Origin: an uncultured Gemmatimonadales bacterium
GTDB taxonomy: Bacteria; Gemmatimonadota; Gemmatimonadetes; Longimicrobiales; RSA9
Direction: 5' to 3'
DNA length: 64,000 nt
Assembly (NCBI GenBank): GCA_963783305.1
Contig: CAWAMW010000002.1
Span: forward strand, 64,001 to 128,000
Shown one piece after another: positions 50,253 to 59,566 of the stretch. The first letter of the stretch is position 1; each line of letters opens with the position of its first letter. The notes beneath the pieces are model-generated. The model had not been told where the DNA came from and made no database searches. It saw nothing but the letters and a program-made list of their open reading frames with translations. The translations under genes were made by a program, and so were the position numbers.

Positions 50253-50260
50253 TCGAGAGA

Positions 50261-50335
50261 GGGCGCGTAGCTCAGCCTGGTTAGAGCGCTACGTTGACAT
50301 CGTAGAGGTCAGAGGTTCGAGTCCTCTCGCGCCCA
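50261..50335 (+). tRNA. tRNA-Val(GAC)
   Basis: ctacg-tt-GAC-at-cgtag. Confidence 0.95.
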
Positions 50336-50408
50336 CTTGGAATCGCGGATCGGGGTCACGGCTCTCGACGCTGGTTCCGGGGTAACTCAGAAATGTGCGA
50401 GCAGCATC

Positions 50409-50482
<74 letters not shown>

Positions 50483-50507
50483 TCCACCCGCCTCGGCGGG
50501 TGGTTTC

Positions 50508-50580
50508 GCCACCATAGCTCAGCTGGTAGAGCACGTCATTCGTAATGACGGGGTCCGCGGTTCAAATCCGCGTGGTGGCT
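50508..50580 (+). tRNA. tRNA-Thr(CGT)
   Basis: cgtca-tt-CGT-aa-tgacg. Confidence 0.95.
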
Positions 50581-50590
50581 CTGCGGAGAT

Positions 50591-50663
50591 GCGGGCGTAG
50601 CTCAGTTGGTAGAGCATCAGCTTCCCAAGCTGAGGGTCGCCGGTTCGAGTCCGGTCGCCCGCT
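50591..50663 (+). tRNA. tRNA-Gly(CCC)
   Basis: tcagc-tt-CCC-aa-gctga. Confidence 0.95.
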
Positions 50664-50713
50664 TCGGCCCTGAACGGGTCGCGACAGGATCCGCGAGGCA
50701 ATGGCCTCGCCGC

Positions 50714-50786
50714 TGCCCCTTGGTGTAACTGGCAACACGTCTGATTCTGGATCAGAAGAGTCCTGGTTCGAGCCCAGGAGGGGCAA
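50714..50786 (+). tRNA. tRNA-Gln(CTG)
   Basis: tctga-tt-CTG-ga-tcaga. Confidence 0.95.
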
Positions 50787-50922
50787 CTGAAGGCACCGGA
50801 TCAGGCGAACCGGGGGTTCGCTGATCCGGGATGGAGGTCGCTCACGGGACCGCTCGCGAAGCGAGTGGGACCGGGAGCAACAGGAGCCACGGCCTGTTGG
50901 GCGTGGTGATGGTGATCGGCCT

Positions 50923-51009
50923 GGAGAGGTGGCCGAGTGGCTTAAGGCGGCGCCCTGCTAAGGCGTTTGGGCCGAAAGGCTCTCGAGGGTTCGAATCCCT
51001 CCCTCTCCG
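50923..51009 (+). tRNA. tRNA-Ser(GCT)
   Basis: gcgcc-ct-GCT-aa-ggcgt; long variable arm. Confidence 0.95.
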
Positions 51010-51050
51010 CTCGGCAGGACGCGGCGGCTCCCGGGCCGACGTACGAGTCT

Positions 51051-51135
51051 GGACGGGTGTCCGAGCGGCTTAAGGAGCACGATTGGAAATCGTGTGGGGC
51101 GCAAGCTCTCGTGGGTTCGAATCCCACCCCGTCCG
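51051..51135 (+). tRNA. tRNA-Ser(GGA)
   Basis: cacga-tt-GGA-aa-tcgtg. Confidence 0.95.
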
Positions 51136-51210
51136 CTGGACGCAGGACACCCGGCAGGCAGGACCGTCGGATGCTGGACCGCAGGAAGCGTGACCGCACC
51201 ATAGCAGGAT

Positions 51211-51284
51211 CGGGGAGTAGCTCAGCCCGGTAGAGCACTGCGTTCGGGACGCAGGGGTCGCAGGTTCAAATCCTGTCTCCCCGA
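51211..51284 (+). tRNA. tRNA-Pro(CGG)
   Basis: ctgcg-tt-CGG-ga-cgcag. Confidence 0.95.
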
Positions 51285-51295
51285 CTGGGTAAACG

Positions 51296-51335
51296 CAAAA
51301 GCGCCGCAGGCCGTCATGGCCTGCGGCGCTTTTTC
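51296..51335. terminator. bidirectional intrinsic terminator closing the tRNA array
   Basis: aaaagcgccgcaggcc-gtcat-ggcctgcggcgcttttt. Confidence 0.88.
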
Positions 51336-51350
51336 GTTCTGGCGGTGCAA

Positions 51351-51737
51351 TCAGCCCAGGACGTTCCCCGGCAGGGTCTCGGGGATGTAGTGGCGAGCGG
51401 CGAGCAGGTCCTCGTCGTCGAGGTCGGGGATCCGGGCGTCCGCGTAGTGCATGCAGGCGCGGCGGCGGTGGTCGTCCGACCCGTCGCCGGTGACGAGGCT
51501 CTCGGTACGGTAATCGACGCCCTGCACCCCCACATGGCGGCGGGGGGATTCCCACCTGGCGAGCTGATCCGGAAGCCGCGTCAGCTCGAGGAGCGCGCGG
51601 ACCCCCTCCGACTCCCACCCGGCGAGCCGCGCGGCGAGAACGTCAGGGCGTTCCGCGGCCAGGACTTCAAGGCGGGCTGCGGCCCTTATCGCGATCTCCG
51701 CGGCCACCTGCTGTTCGACATGCTCAACGCTTGCCAT
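51351..51737 (-). CDS. hypothetical protein
   Basis: MASVEHVEQQVAAEIAIR...; GAGGGG RBS, coding-like composition. Confidence 0.6.
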   Translation of the reverse strand: MASVEHVEQQVAAEIAIRAAARLEVLAAERPDVLAARLAGWESEGVRALLELTRLPDQLARWESPRRHVGVQGVDYRTESLVTGDGSDDHRRRACMHYADARIPDLDDEDLLAARHYIPETLPGNVLG

Positions 51738-51805
51738 GTGGATCTTCCCCCTCCACTGCGGCGCTCCACCACCTCGTCCCGTTCGGCGGCGCCCCTGGGA
51801 AACAC

Positions 51806-51843
51806 AAAAAGCTCCGACGACACAGTCTGCGTCGACGGAGTTC
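51806..51843 (-). terminator. intrinsic terminator (minus strand)
   Basis: actccgtcgacgcag...ctgtgtcgtcggagcttttt. Confidence 0.6.
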
Positions 51844-51951
51844 TGAAACCCTCCCGGTTTTTTCCTGCACTTCAATATAGCATGGGCCGGCGGGACCGGA
51901 AGCCCCACTTCAGACCCGCCCGGGCTCACCGCCTCCCGCACCTGCCCCTCG

Positions 51952-52608
51952 TCACGCCGACCCTGCGTCGGGCTGCCCGCGCCGATAGTCCCGGAACCGG
52001 TTTATCACGTCGCCCATCTGCTCCCGCGACAGCACCGTGGGCTCGCCCACCTGGAGCGCACGCCAGTACGCGCCGGCGAGGAACTCGACCTCCACCGCCA
52101 GTTCCAGCGCGGCCGAGGGCGACTCCCCGAGCGCCAGCATCCCGTGGTTCGCCAGCAGGCATGCACACCGCCCGTCCAGCGCCTCCAGGGCCAGCGCTGC
52201 CAGCTCGGGCGTCCCGAACGGCGCGTAGGGCGCGCAGCGGATCGAGTGACCCCCGGCCACGGCCACCATGTAGTGAAAGGCGGGGATCTCCACCCCCAGG
52301 CAGGCCAGCGCCGTGCAGAACGGCGCGTGCGCGTGGAGCACCGCGTGAATCCCGGGCCGCGCATCCAGAATGCCCGCATGCATCCGCCACTCCGTCGACG
52401 GCTTGCCGCCACGCTTCACCCGGCCGTCCAACGTCATCGACACGACATCCGCCGGCGTCATCTCGTCGTACGGCACCGCCGAAGGCGTAATGAGCATGCC
52501 GCCCGATACGCGCGCGCTGACGTTCCCGGACGTGCCCTGGTTCAGCCCCCGTTCGCCCATGGCCCGGGCGACCCGGAGGATCTCCGCCGCCCCCTCTTGC
52601 CGCTCCAT
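51952..52608 (-). CDS. class II aldolase (FucA/Ald2-like)
   Basis: GTSGNVS, ITPS, PSTEWRMH, HAH, LLANHG. Confidence 0.92.
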   Translation of the reverse strand: MERQEGAAEILRVARAMGERGLNQGTSGNVSARVSGGMLITPSAVPYDEMTPADVVSMTLDGRVKRGGKPSTEWRMHAGILDARPGIHAVLHAHAPFCTALACLGVEIPAFHYMVAVAGGHSIRCAPYAPFGTPELAALALEALDGRCACLLANHGMLALGESPSAALELAVEVEFLAGAYWRALQVGEPTVLSREQMGDVINRFRDYRRGQPDAGSA

Positions 52609-53717
52609 CACGTGTCCCCTCCGTGTCCCGACTGCTCGGGGAAGAGCGCGCTCAGCGATTCCCGACACGCGTCCACCACACCGCGCTCCGTGATCAGCCC
52701 CGTGACGAGCCGCGCCGGTGTGACATCGAAGCCGGGATTCGCTACGGGCGACCCGGGCCCGACCACGCGCACGGCGCGCACCTCGCCCCGGTCCGTCTGG
52801 CCGGTGACCCAGGTCACCTCATCGCCCGACCGCTCCTCGATGGGGATGGCGTCGCCATCGGTGATGGTCCAGTCAATGGAGGAGGAGGGCGCGGCTACGT
52901 AGAACGGGACACCGTTGTCGTGGGCGGCCAGCGCCTTCAGGTAGGTGCCGATCTTGTTGGCCACGTCCCCCGCGGCCGTGGTCCGATCGGTCCCGACGAT
53001 GCAGACGTCGACGCGGCCGCGCTGCATGAGGTGACCGCCGGCATTGTCCACGATGACGGTGTGGGGCACGCCCTGGTTCGCCAGCTCCCATGCGGTGAGG
53101 CTGGCGCCCTGGTTCCGGGGCCGCGTCTCATCGACCCAGACGTGGAGCGGGATCCCTTCCTCATGCGCCCGATAGATGGGCGCGGTAGCGGTCCCCCAGT
53201 CAACGGTGGCGAGCCAGCCGGCGTTGCAGTGCGTCAGCACCTGTACCGGCTGGCCCGCCGGCTTGCGCGCGGCCATCTCCCGGATCAGCTTCAGCCCTGC
53301 GTCGCCGATGCGACGGTTCCTCGACACGTCCTCGTCGGCGATCTCGGTCGCGGCGTTGTAGGCCGCGGGGGCGCGATCCCCGGGGTCGCGGTCGCGGACG
53401 GCGGCGATCACGCGGTCGAGGGCCCAGCGCAGGTTCACGGCGGTGGGGCGGGTGGCGAGGAGCACCTGCCGGGCGACCTCGAGTGCCGCATCGGACGGTG
53501 CCTCGCGGAGCGCCAGGGCCAGGCCGTACGCGGCGGTCGCTCCGATGAGGGGGGCCCCACGCACCTGCATCTGCGCGATGGCCCCGGCGGCCCCTTCCAG
53601 GCTCACGAGCCGCGGAGCCCGGAACCGGTGCGGGAGGAGGGTCTGGTCGATGATGCGGACGGACCAGCCGTCGTCGTCCAGCCAGATACTGCGATGGGGC
53701 ACGCCATCGACGTTCAC
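52608..53717 (-). CDS. mtnA: S-methyl-5-thioribose-1-phosphate isomerase
   Basis: IDQTLLP, MQVRGAPLIG, TRPTAVNL, THCNAGWLAT, ETRPRNQGA, NKIGTY, NPGFDVTP. Confidence 0.95.
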   Translation of the reverse strand: MNVDGVPHRSIWLDDDGWSVRIIDQTLLPHRFRAPRLVSLEGAAGAIAQMQVRGAPLIGATAAYGLALALREAPSDAALEVARQVLLATRPTAVNLRWALDRVIAAVRDRDPGDRAPAAYNAATEIADEDVSRNRRIGDAGLKLIREMAARKPAGQPVQVLTHCNAGWLATVDWGTATAPIYRAHEEGIPLHVWVDETRPRNQGASLTAWELANQGVPHTVIVDNAGGHLMQRGRVDVCIVGTDRTTAAGDVANKIGTYLKALAAHDNGVPFYVAAPSSSIDWTITDGDAIPIEERSGDEVTWVTGQTDRGEVRAVRVVGPGSPVANPGFDVTPARLVTGLITERGVVDACRESLSALFPEQSGHGGDT

Positions 53718-53819
53718 GGGGCCTCCGGGCCAGGTGGCTCGCCGGCGCCCGTCACCGGCGAGGAGCAGCCTGAACATGCGGTGCGTGGCGGGGACGAAAC
53801 AAGGAGCGGAGGAATCGCG

Positions 53820-54614
53820 ATGGAGCGACTGGGGATCATCGGCGGGAGCGCATTCCTCGAGGGTCTGCCGGATGGGTCCGAGGAACGGCTGGTACGCACG
53901 GATCGCGGGGAGGTCGCGGTATGCATGGGCGACGGCTATGTCTTCCTGCGGCGCCACGGCCACGACGGCTATCGCCCGGCGCATCGCCTGGACCACCATG
54001 CGCACGTGCTCGCACTGGAGGAGCTCGGAGTGCGACGGGTGGTCTCGGTGTGCTCCGTGGGCGCGCTGAACCCGTCGCATCGGCCGGGCACGGTCCTGGT
54101 GCCCGAGGACTACATGTCGCTCCAGGCGCCGCCCACCTTTGCGCTCGACGAGCGCCTCCACGTCATCCCGCTCCTTGACTCCACCCTCCGCGCCCGGCTC
54201 GTCTCGCTCAGCCGGAGGGTGGCGGAAGGAGAGGACGGCTGGCAGGAGACCACGGCGATCGCCGCCGCGCGGAGCGACATCCGGGATGGCGGCGTGTACG
54301 CCGAGACGAGGGGACCCCGCTTCGAGACCCGGGCGGAGATCCGGCTCCTCGCCGATTACGCCGACGTGGTGGGGATGACCGCGGCGTCCGAGGCCACGCT
54401 GCTGCAGGAACGCGGCATCGCCTCGGCGATCCTCTGCATCGTCGACAATTACGCGCACGGTATCGGTGCCCGGCCCCTCACGTTCGAGGCGTTCGAGCGC
54501 CAGCTGGGGCAGAACCGCCAGCGTGTGTTCGCCCTGGTCCGCGCTCTCATGGCGGATGGCCCCGCGCTGGCCGCCCCCGCCCCCGCCCCCGCCGACACCG
54601 GGACCAACGCGTGA
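53820..54614 (+). CDS. MTAP-family purine nucleoside phosphorylase (MTA/MTI phosphorylase)
   Basis: LGIIGGS, LRRHG, GPRFETRAE, DVVGMT..E, VDNYA. Confidence 0.9.
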   Translation: MERLGIIGGSAFLEGLPDGSEERLVRTDRGEVAVCMGDGYVFLRRHGHDGYRPAHRLDHHAHVLALEELGVRRVVSVCSVGALNPSHRPGTVLVPEDYMSLQAPPTFALDERLHVIPLLDSTLRARLVSLSRRVAEGEDGWQETTAIAAARSDIRDGGVYAETRGPRFETRAEIRLLADYADVVGMTAASEATLLQERGIASAILCIVDNYAHGIGARPLTFEAFERQLGQNRQRVFALVRALMADGPALAAPAPAPADTGTNA

Positions 54615-55918
54615 CGCTCCTCATCCGCAACGCTGTGGTCAATGGCGTGCCCACGTCCATCGGGGTTCGCGACGGGACGATCGAGTTCGTGGGGGCGGAT
54701 CCGGTCCACTCCTCCAGCGGCGAGCGGAAGCGACCGGAGTGGGACGCCCCGGACCGGGTGATCGACGCCACGGGGCTGCACGCCTTCCCTTCGCTGCACA
54801 ACGGCCACACTCACGCCGGCATGACCCTCTTCCGCGGCTGGGGCGACGACCTCCCCCTCATGGAGTGGCTCCGCGATCACGTCTGGCCGGCGGAAGAGCG
54901 CATGACCGCCGAGGACGTCTATCAGGGCACCCGTCTGGCCGCTCTCGAGATGATCCGCTCCGGCACCACGTACTTCAACGATATGTACTGGTACGCCAAT
55001 GCCATCGCCCGGGCCGTGGACGAGTTGGGGATCCGTGCGCACCTCGCCTCGGTCTTCATCGACCACGGCAGCGATGAGGTGGCCCGGCGCTGGCGGGAGG
55101 ATGTGCTGCGGAACGTGGAGCGCCGCGACGGCTTCGGGTCCCGGCTCCAGCTCTCCCTCGCCCCGCACGCCATCTACACGGTCTCCTCGGAGAACCTCGA
55201 GTGGCTGGGCCGGCTCGCGCGTGATCACAACCTGATCCTGCACATCCACCTGTCGGAGACCCGGGGTGAGGTGGAGGAGTGCCTCGCGGAGCACGGGGTC
55301 CGGCCCACGCACCTCCTCGAGCGGGTTGGGCTCCTCGGGCCCAACCTGGTCGCCGCACACGGCGTCTTCCTGGATGCCGAGGAGCTCCACATGCTCGGGG
55401 AGGCCGGCGCCACGGTGGTGCATAACCCGGCCGCAAACATGAAGCTCGCCACGGGTGGGATCTTCGACTATGACGCCGCGAAGCTGGCGGGGGTACGGGT
55501 CGTCCTGGGCACCGACGGCCCGGGCTCGAACAACAACCTGGACCTGATGGAGGAGATGAAGCTCGCGGCGCTGGTCCAGAAGCATCGGTCCGGGGACGCC
55601 ACCTCGTTGCCGGCGGCCGAAGCGCTGGCGATGGTCACCACGTCGGCCGCGCGCGCGTTCCGCGTGGGGAGCGGCCGGCTCGAGGCCGGCGAGCCCGGGG
55701 ATCTGATCCTCGTGGACTTCTCCGCCCCGTCCACCCAACCGCTCCACGATCCGGTGTCCACGCTGGTGTACGCCGCCCACGGCGCCGCGGTGCATACGAC
55801 CATCTGCGATGGCCGCGTTCTCATGTACGACCGCGTGATCGAGGTGGCCGACGAAGCGGAGATCCTGCGGGAAGCCGCCCGCGCGGCGCGCGACCTGGTC
55901 CAGCGCGTGGGGACGTAG
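54611..55918 (+). CDS. MTA/SAH/5'-deoxyadenosine deaminase-like amidohydrolase (MtaD-like)
   Basis: NGHTHAGMT, DDLPLMEWL, HIHLSET, HNP..NMKLA, LGTDG..SNN. Confidence 0.9.
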   Translation: MTLLIRNAVVNGVPTSIGVRDGTIEFVGADPVHSSSGERKRPEWDAPDRVIDATGLHAFPSLHNGHTHAGMTLFRGWGDDLPLMEWLRDHVWPAEERMTAEDVYQGTRLAALEMIRSGTTYFNDMYWYANAIARAVDELGIRAHLASVFIDHGSDEVARRWREDVLRNVERRDGFGSRLQLSLAPHAIYTVSSENLEWLGRLARDHNLILHIHLSETRGEVEECLAEHGVRPTHLLERVGLLGPNLVAAHGVFLDAEELHMLGEAGATVVHNPAANMKLATGGIFDYDAAKLAGVRVVLGTDGPGSNNNLDLMEEMKLAALVQKHRSGDATSLPAAEALAMVTTSAARAFRVGSGRLEAGEPGDLILVDFSAPSTQPLHDPVSTLVYAAHGAAVHTTICDGRVLMYDRVIEVADEAEILREAARAARDLVQRVGT

Positions 55919-55959
55919 AGGCCTGCCGCACGGCATGCCCCCGAAGCACCGCCTGCGGT

Positions 55960-56517
55960 TCAGCCGCCCGGGGGCCCGCTCCTCACCGGCGCTACGACCT
56001 GGACGGAGTTCCCGCTCCGGAGCCGGAGCGTCAGCGGCACGCTGTCGCCCTCCCCCAGGGGCTGGTGGATCCCGATCAGCATGACGTGGAAGCCACCCGG
56101 CTCCAGCACCGCCTCGCCGCCGGCCGGGACCGGGATGCTGTCCACCGCACGCATCCGCATCACGCCGCCATCCATGGTCACGCTATGGAGCTCGGCCGTA
56201 TCCGCCACCTCCGTGTCCACTCGCATGATCGCGTCCGCCTGCTCACCGGCGTTCCGTAACACGAAATAGGCGGCGCTGTTCACCGGCGGCGCATCCGGAT
56301 CATCGCTGCCCTCGGGGCGGATGGCCGTGCGTACCCACGGCTCCATGGCGCTGAGACCCGACGGATCCGTGGCCCAGCTCGCTTCCATCGTGGCGGCCGC
56401 GTTCCCGTCCGGCTCCGCGTCGGGCGCGGCCTCGGATCCTCCATCGCACGCCGCGATCCCGGAAGCGAGAACGATGAGTGCGAAAGTCCCGGCGCGTATG
56501 TGCAGCGTCGTATTCAT
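55960..56517 (-). CDS. copper chaperone PCu(A)C lipoprotein
   Basis: ELHSVTMDGGVMRM...LEPGGFHVML. Confidence 0.92.
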   Translation of the reverse strand: MNTTLHIRAGTFALIVLASGIAACDGGSEAAPDAEPDGNAAATMEASWATDPSGLSAMEPWVRTAIRPEGSDDPDAPPVNSAAYFVLRNAGEQADAIMRVDTEVADTAELHSVTMDGGVMRMRAVDSIPVPAGGEAVLEPGGFHVMLIGIHQPLGEGDSVPLTLRLRSGNSVQVVAPVRSGPPGG

Positions 56518-56519
56518 GC

Positions 56520-57122
56520 TCAGCTCCCCAGCATTGCGGCAAGATCCTGCGCCATCTCGGGCGCGGTCACGGTGGGCGACCAGAGGAGCTCCACCTGCCC
56601 CTCCTCGTTCAGCACGACGATCGTCGCGGAGTGGTCCACCAGGTAGCCGGTGGCCTCGCTGCCCTCCGCCTTCGCGTAGTAAATCCCGTATTGCGCCGCC
56701 ACATCGGCGATCTCTTCAGGGGTCCCGGTGATCCCCAGGAAGGACGGGTGGACAGCCCGGGCGTACGCGGACGTCCGCTCCGGCGAGTCGCGCTCCGGGT
56801 CCACGCTCACGAACACCACCTGCACCCGGTCACGGTCGTCCCCCAGCTGCTCGAGCGCCGTGTTGAGACGGAGCAGCGTCGTGGGGCAGACATCCGGACA
56901 CAATGTATAGCCGAAGAAAAGCGGCGAGACCTTCCCCTCGAGATCCTCCCGCGTGACCGGGCCATCGGCGGAGCGGAGCGTAAAGTCGGCCGCTGGCATC
57001 GCCGGCGAAAGGTGCGTGCCGTGATACGTCACGGGCGCGTCGAAAGCGCCCGCCACCATCAGCACGGCCGCGAGCACGCCGAGGCCGGCGAGGAGTGCGA
57101 GTACGGCTTTCCTGGAAATCAT
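56520..57122 (-). CDS. SCO family protein
   Basis: FGYTLCPDVCP, SVDPERD, YLVDHS. Confidence 0.95.
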   Translation of the reverse strand: MISRKAVLALLAGLGVLAAVLMVAGAFDAPVTYHGTHLSPAMPAADFTLRSADGPVTREDLEGKVSPLFFGYTLCPDVCPTTLLRLNTALEQLGDDRDRVQVVFVSVDPERDSPERTSAYARAVHPSFLGITGTPEEIADVAAQYGIYYAKAEGSEATGYLVDHSATIVVLNEEGQVELLWSPTVTAPEMAQDLAAMLGS

Positions 57123-57124
57123 GG

Positions 57125-57799
57125 TCAGTTCGAATAGCAGGCGAAAAGGTGCGCGGCCTCGTACGCCAGCTTCGCGGCGCCCTCCGAGGCCTGCGCCTCG
57201 CGCGCGATCACGCGCAGGTCCTTCAGCAGTCCCTCCACCGACGGCATCCCCCAGCGGTATTCCCGCCGCAGGATCCCGTTCCCGTCCACGATCATGAAGC
57301 CCGGGCTATACTCCAGAAGGCCGTCGTCATTGCGGCCGTAGTAGAGGCCGAAACCGGTGCCCACCAGCGTCTTGAGGGCCGCGGCGTCACCCGTGGCGAG
57401 CGTCCACACCGCCGGGTCCGCGCCCCGCCGGCGCGCCACCGAGTCCAGCACCGCCGGCAAGTCACGCTCCGGGTCGATGGAAATCGTAACGAGCCGGACC
57501 GGGATCTCGCCTAGCTCCACTTCCCCGAGCCGCTCCTGGAGCTCTCCGAAGATCGAGTCCGCAGGGTAACAGCGGCCGTCGCACGTGGTGTAGCCCGTGG
57601 TGTAGATGGCGATCGCGCCCCGCAGATCCTCGCTGGTCAGTGGAGAACCGCTCTGGTCCACCAGCGAGTACCCCGGCGCCAGCCCCAGACGCGGTACCAC
57701 CTTCACCGGCTGGAACACGGCAAAGCCCATGATCGTCGCTACGAGCAGCCCGACCACGATCCCGCCCGCCATCAGCAGCTTTCTGCGACCCGGATTCAT
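57125..57799 (-). CDS. SCO family protein (variant)
   Basis: GYTTCDGRC, ISIDPERD. Confidence 0.85.
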   Translation of the reverse strand: MNPGRRKLLMAGGIVVGLLVATIMGFAVFQPVKVVPRLGLAPGYSLVDQSGSPLTSEDLRGAIAIYTTGYTTCDGRCYPADSIFGELQERLGEVELGEIPVRLVTISIDPERDLPAVLDSVARRRGADPAVWTLATGDAAALKTLVGTGFGLYYGRNDDGLLEYSPGFMIVDGNGILRREYRWGMPSVEGLLKDLRVIAREAQASEGAAKLAYEAAHLFACYSN

Positions 57800-57944
57800 C
57801 CCCTCACGTTCGCGCAGCCGCCGCCCTCGCGCAACCGCTCGGCTCCACGGATCATACCGCGGCTCCGGGGGTTGAAAGGTCACCCGGCAACGGGTAACTT
57901 CCTACGCTGGATCGGCGCCGGTCACGGCACGCCGGATCCGCTCA

Positions 57945-58028
57945 GGAGGCGTAGCTCAAATTGGTACGGCACCGCACTCGAAATGCGGCGGGCGCAAGCC
58001 CTTGGGGGTTCGAATCCCTCCGCCTCCG
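57945..58028 (+). tRNA. tRNA-Ser(CGA)
   Basis: ggaggcg/cgcctcc acceptor; ccgca-ct-CGA-aa-tgcgg; variable arm. Confidence 0.9.
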
Positions 58029-58154
58029 CTGGACGATGTGGCAGAACAGGTTGGATGGAGAAAGAGACCCTCGGGGCGGATGGCCTTCGGGGGTCTGCTT
58101 TCTCCCCGTAGATTCCAGTCAGGAGCGACATTTTTGCACAGTTCCCGCGGGCGG

Positions 58155-59537
58155 ATGATGGGGCGCGGCGGCCGGGTGACGTTGGGAGCGTGGCTCAGGA
58201 GCGCGGTCGGCGCGACCGTTCTCGCACTCGGCGGCTGCTCCGCCGCGGCCACCGCCGTGCCGGCGGGACCCGCGCCGGAGCCCATCGCGCCGGAGCTGGC
58301 CGAGGCGGTGTTCGACTCCGCCTGGGCGCGGATCCACGAGAGCTACTACGACACGACGTTTGCGGGGCTCGACTGGCTGGCGGTGCGCGATGAGCTGCGG
58401 CCCGTCGCGCGGGCGGCCGGCACGGCCGACTCTCTGCGGGTCGTGATCACCGGCATGCTGAACCGGCTGGGCGACAGCCACATGGTCTTGATCCCGGCAT
58501 CGGTTGCGGACCGTATCGATCCGGACGCGATCCGTGGCAAGCCCGGGGAGCCGGGCAATGTCGGTCTCGAGGTGCGGGTGGTGGAGGACGAGCTCACGAT
58601 CTTCCGGGTGCGGCCGGGGAGCGTGGCGGCGGAGGCGGGCGTGCGGCCGGGGTGGACGATCATGTCCGTGGACGGTATGCCTGCGGAGCGCCTACTGCAG
58701 GTGATGGAAGCCATGCCAGACAACCGTCGGCTGGCGGAAGCGCGCATCGCGTGGGCTGCGGAGTCCCGGCTCGGATCGACGGTCGGGGACACCGTTGTCG
58801 CCCAGTTCCGTACCGGCGACGGGGCGACCGTGGACCTCCGTCTCCAGCCGGAGTCGATGCCGGGACGGCCGGTGAGATTCGGCAACCTGCCCACCATGTT
58901 CGCCGACCTCCAGTATAGGGAAGTTCCGATTGCGGATGGCTGCGCGGGCATTATCGCGTTCAACGTCTGGATGACGCCTATCCTGCCGGACCTGGCGAAA
59001 GCCGTCGAGGCGCTGAGACACTGCGATGGGATGGTTCTCGACCTGCGTGGGAACCCTGGCGGGGTGGGCGGGATGGTCATGGCCGTATCGGGCTATTTCA
59101 TGGACGAGCAGCAGCCGCTCGGCCGCCTGATCACCCGGGACAACGAGCTGAGCTTCGTCTCCATGCCGCGGCGAGTGAACTCAATGGGAGAGGCGATGGA
59201 GCCGTACGGCGGGCCACTGGCGCTCCTGGTGGACGGCCTGAGCATGTCCACGAGCGAAATCTTCGCTGCAGGGCTGCAGGAAGTCGGACGCGCCCGGGTA
59301 TTCGGTGAGATTTCCGGGGGGCAGGCGCTGCCGTCGCTCATGGTACGGCTGCCGAACCGCGATGTGCTCCAGCATGCCTTCGCGGACCTGGTGACCCCGG
59401 CCGGTGTGCGTATCGAAGGTCGGGGCGTCGTTCCCGACCAGGTGGTGGCGCTGGATCGACAGGCACTCCTCGCCGGTGGGGATCCCCCGCTGGACGCGGC
59501 ACTGGAATGGATCGAATCCCGATCCGGCCCGCGTTGA
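58155..59537 (+). CDS. S41 family peptidase with PDZ domain (lipoprotein); start uncertain
   Basis: LGDSH, LDLRGNPGG, SMSTSEIFA, IEGRGVVPD. Confidence 0.9.
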   Translation: MMGRGGRVTLGAWLRSAVGATVLALGGCSAAATAVPAGPAPEPIAPELAEAVFDSAWARIHESYYDTTFAGLDWLAVRDELRPVARAAGTADSLRVVITGMLNRLGDSHMVLIPASVADRIDPDAIRGKPGEPGNVGLEVRVVEDELTIFRVRPGSVAAEAGVRPGWTIMSVDGMPAERLLQVMEAMPDNRRLAEARIAWAAESRLGSTVGDTVVAQFRTGDGATVDLRLQPESMPGRPVRFGNLPTMFADLQYREVPIADGCAGIIAFNVWMTPILPDLAKAVEALRHCDGMVLDLRGNPGGVGGMVMAVSGYFMDEQQPLGRLITRDNELSFVSMPRRVNSMGEAMEPYGGPLALLVDGLSMSTSEIFAAGLQEVGRARVFGEISGGQALPSLMVRLPNRDVLQHAFADLVTPAGVRIEGRGVVPDQVVALDRQALLAGGDPPLDAALEWIESRSGPR

Positions 59538-59566
59538 TGCAACAGCAACTCTCGAAGGAGAAGCAC

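Noticed and set aside
53718..54458. N-terminal extension of the mtnA ORF
   Set aside because: Antisense shadow of the phosphorylase; MtnA similarity starts at GTG 53717.
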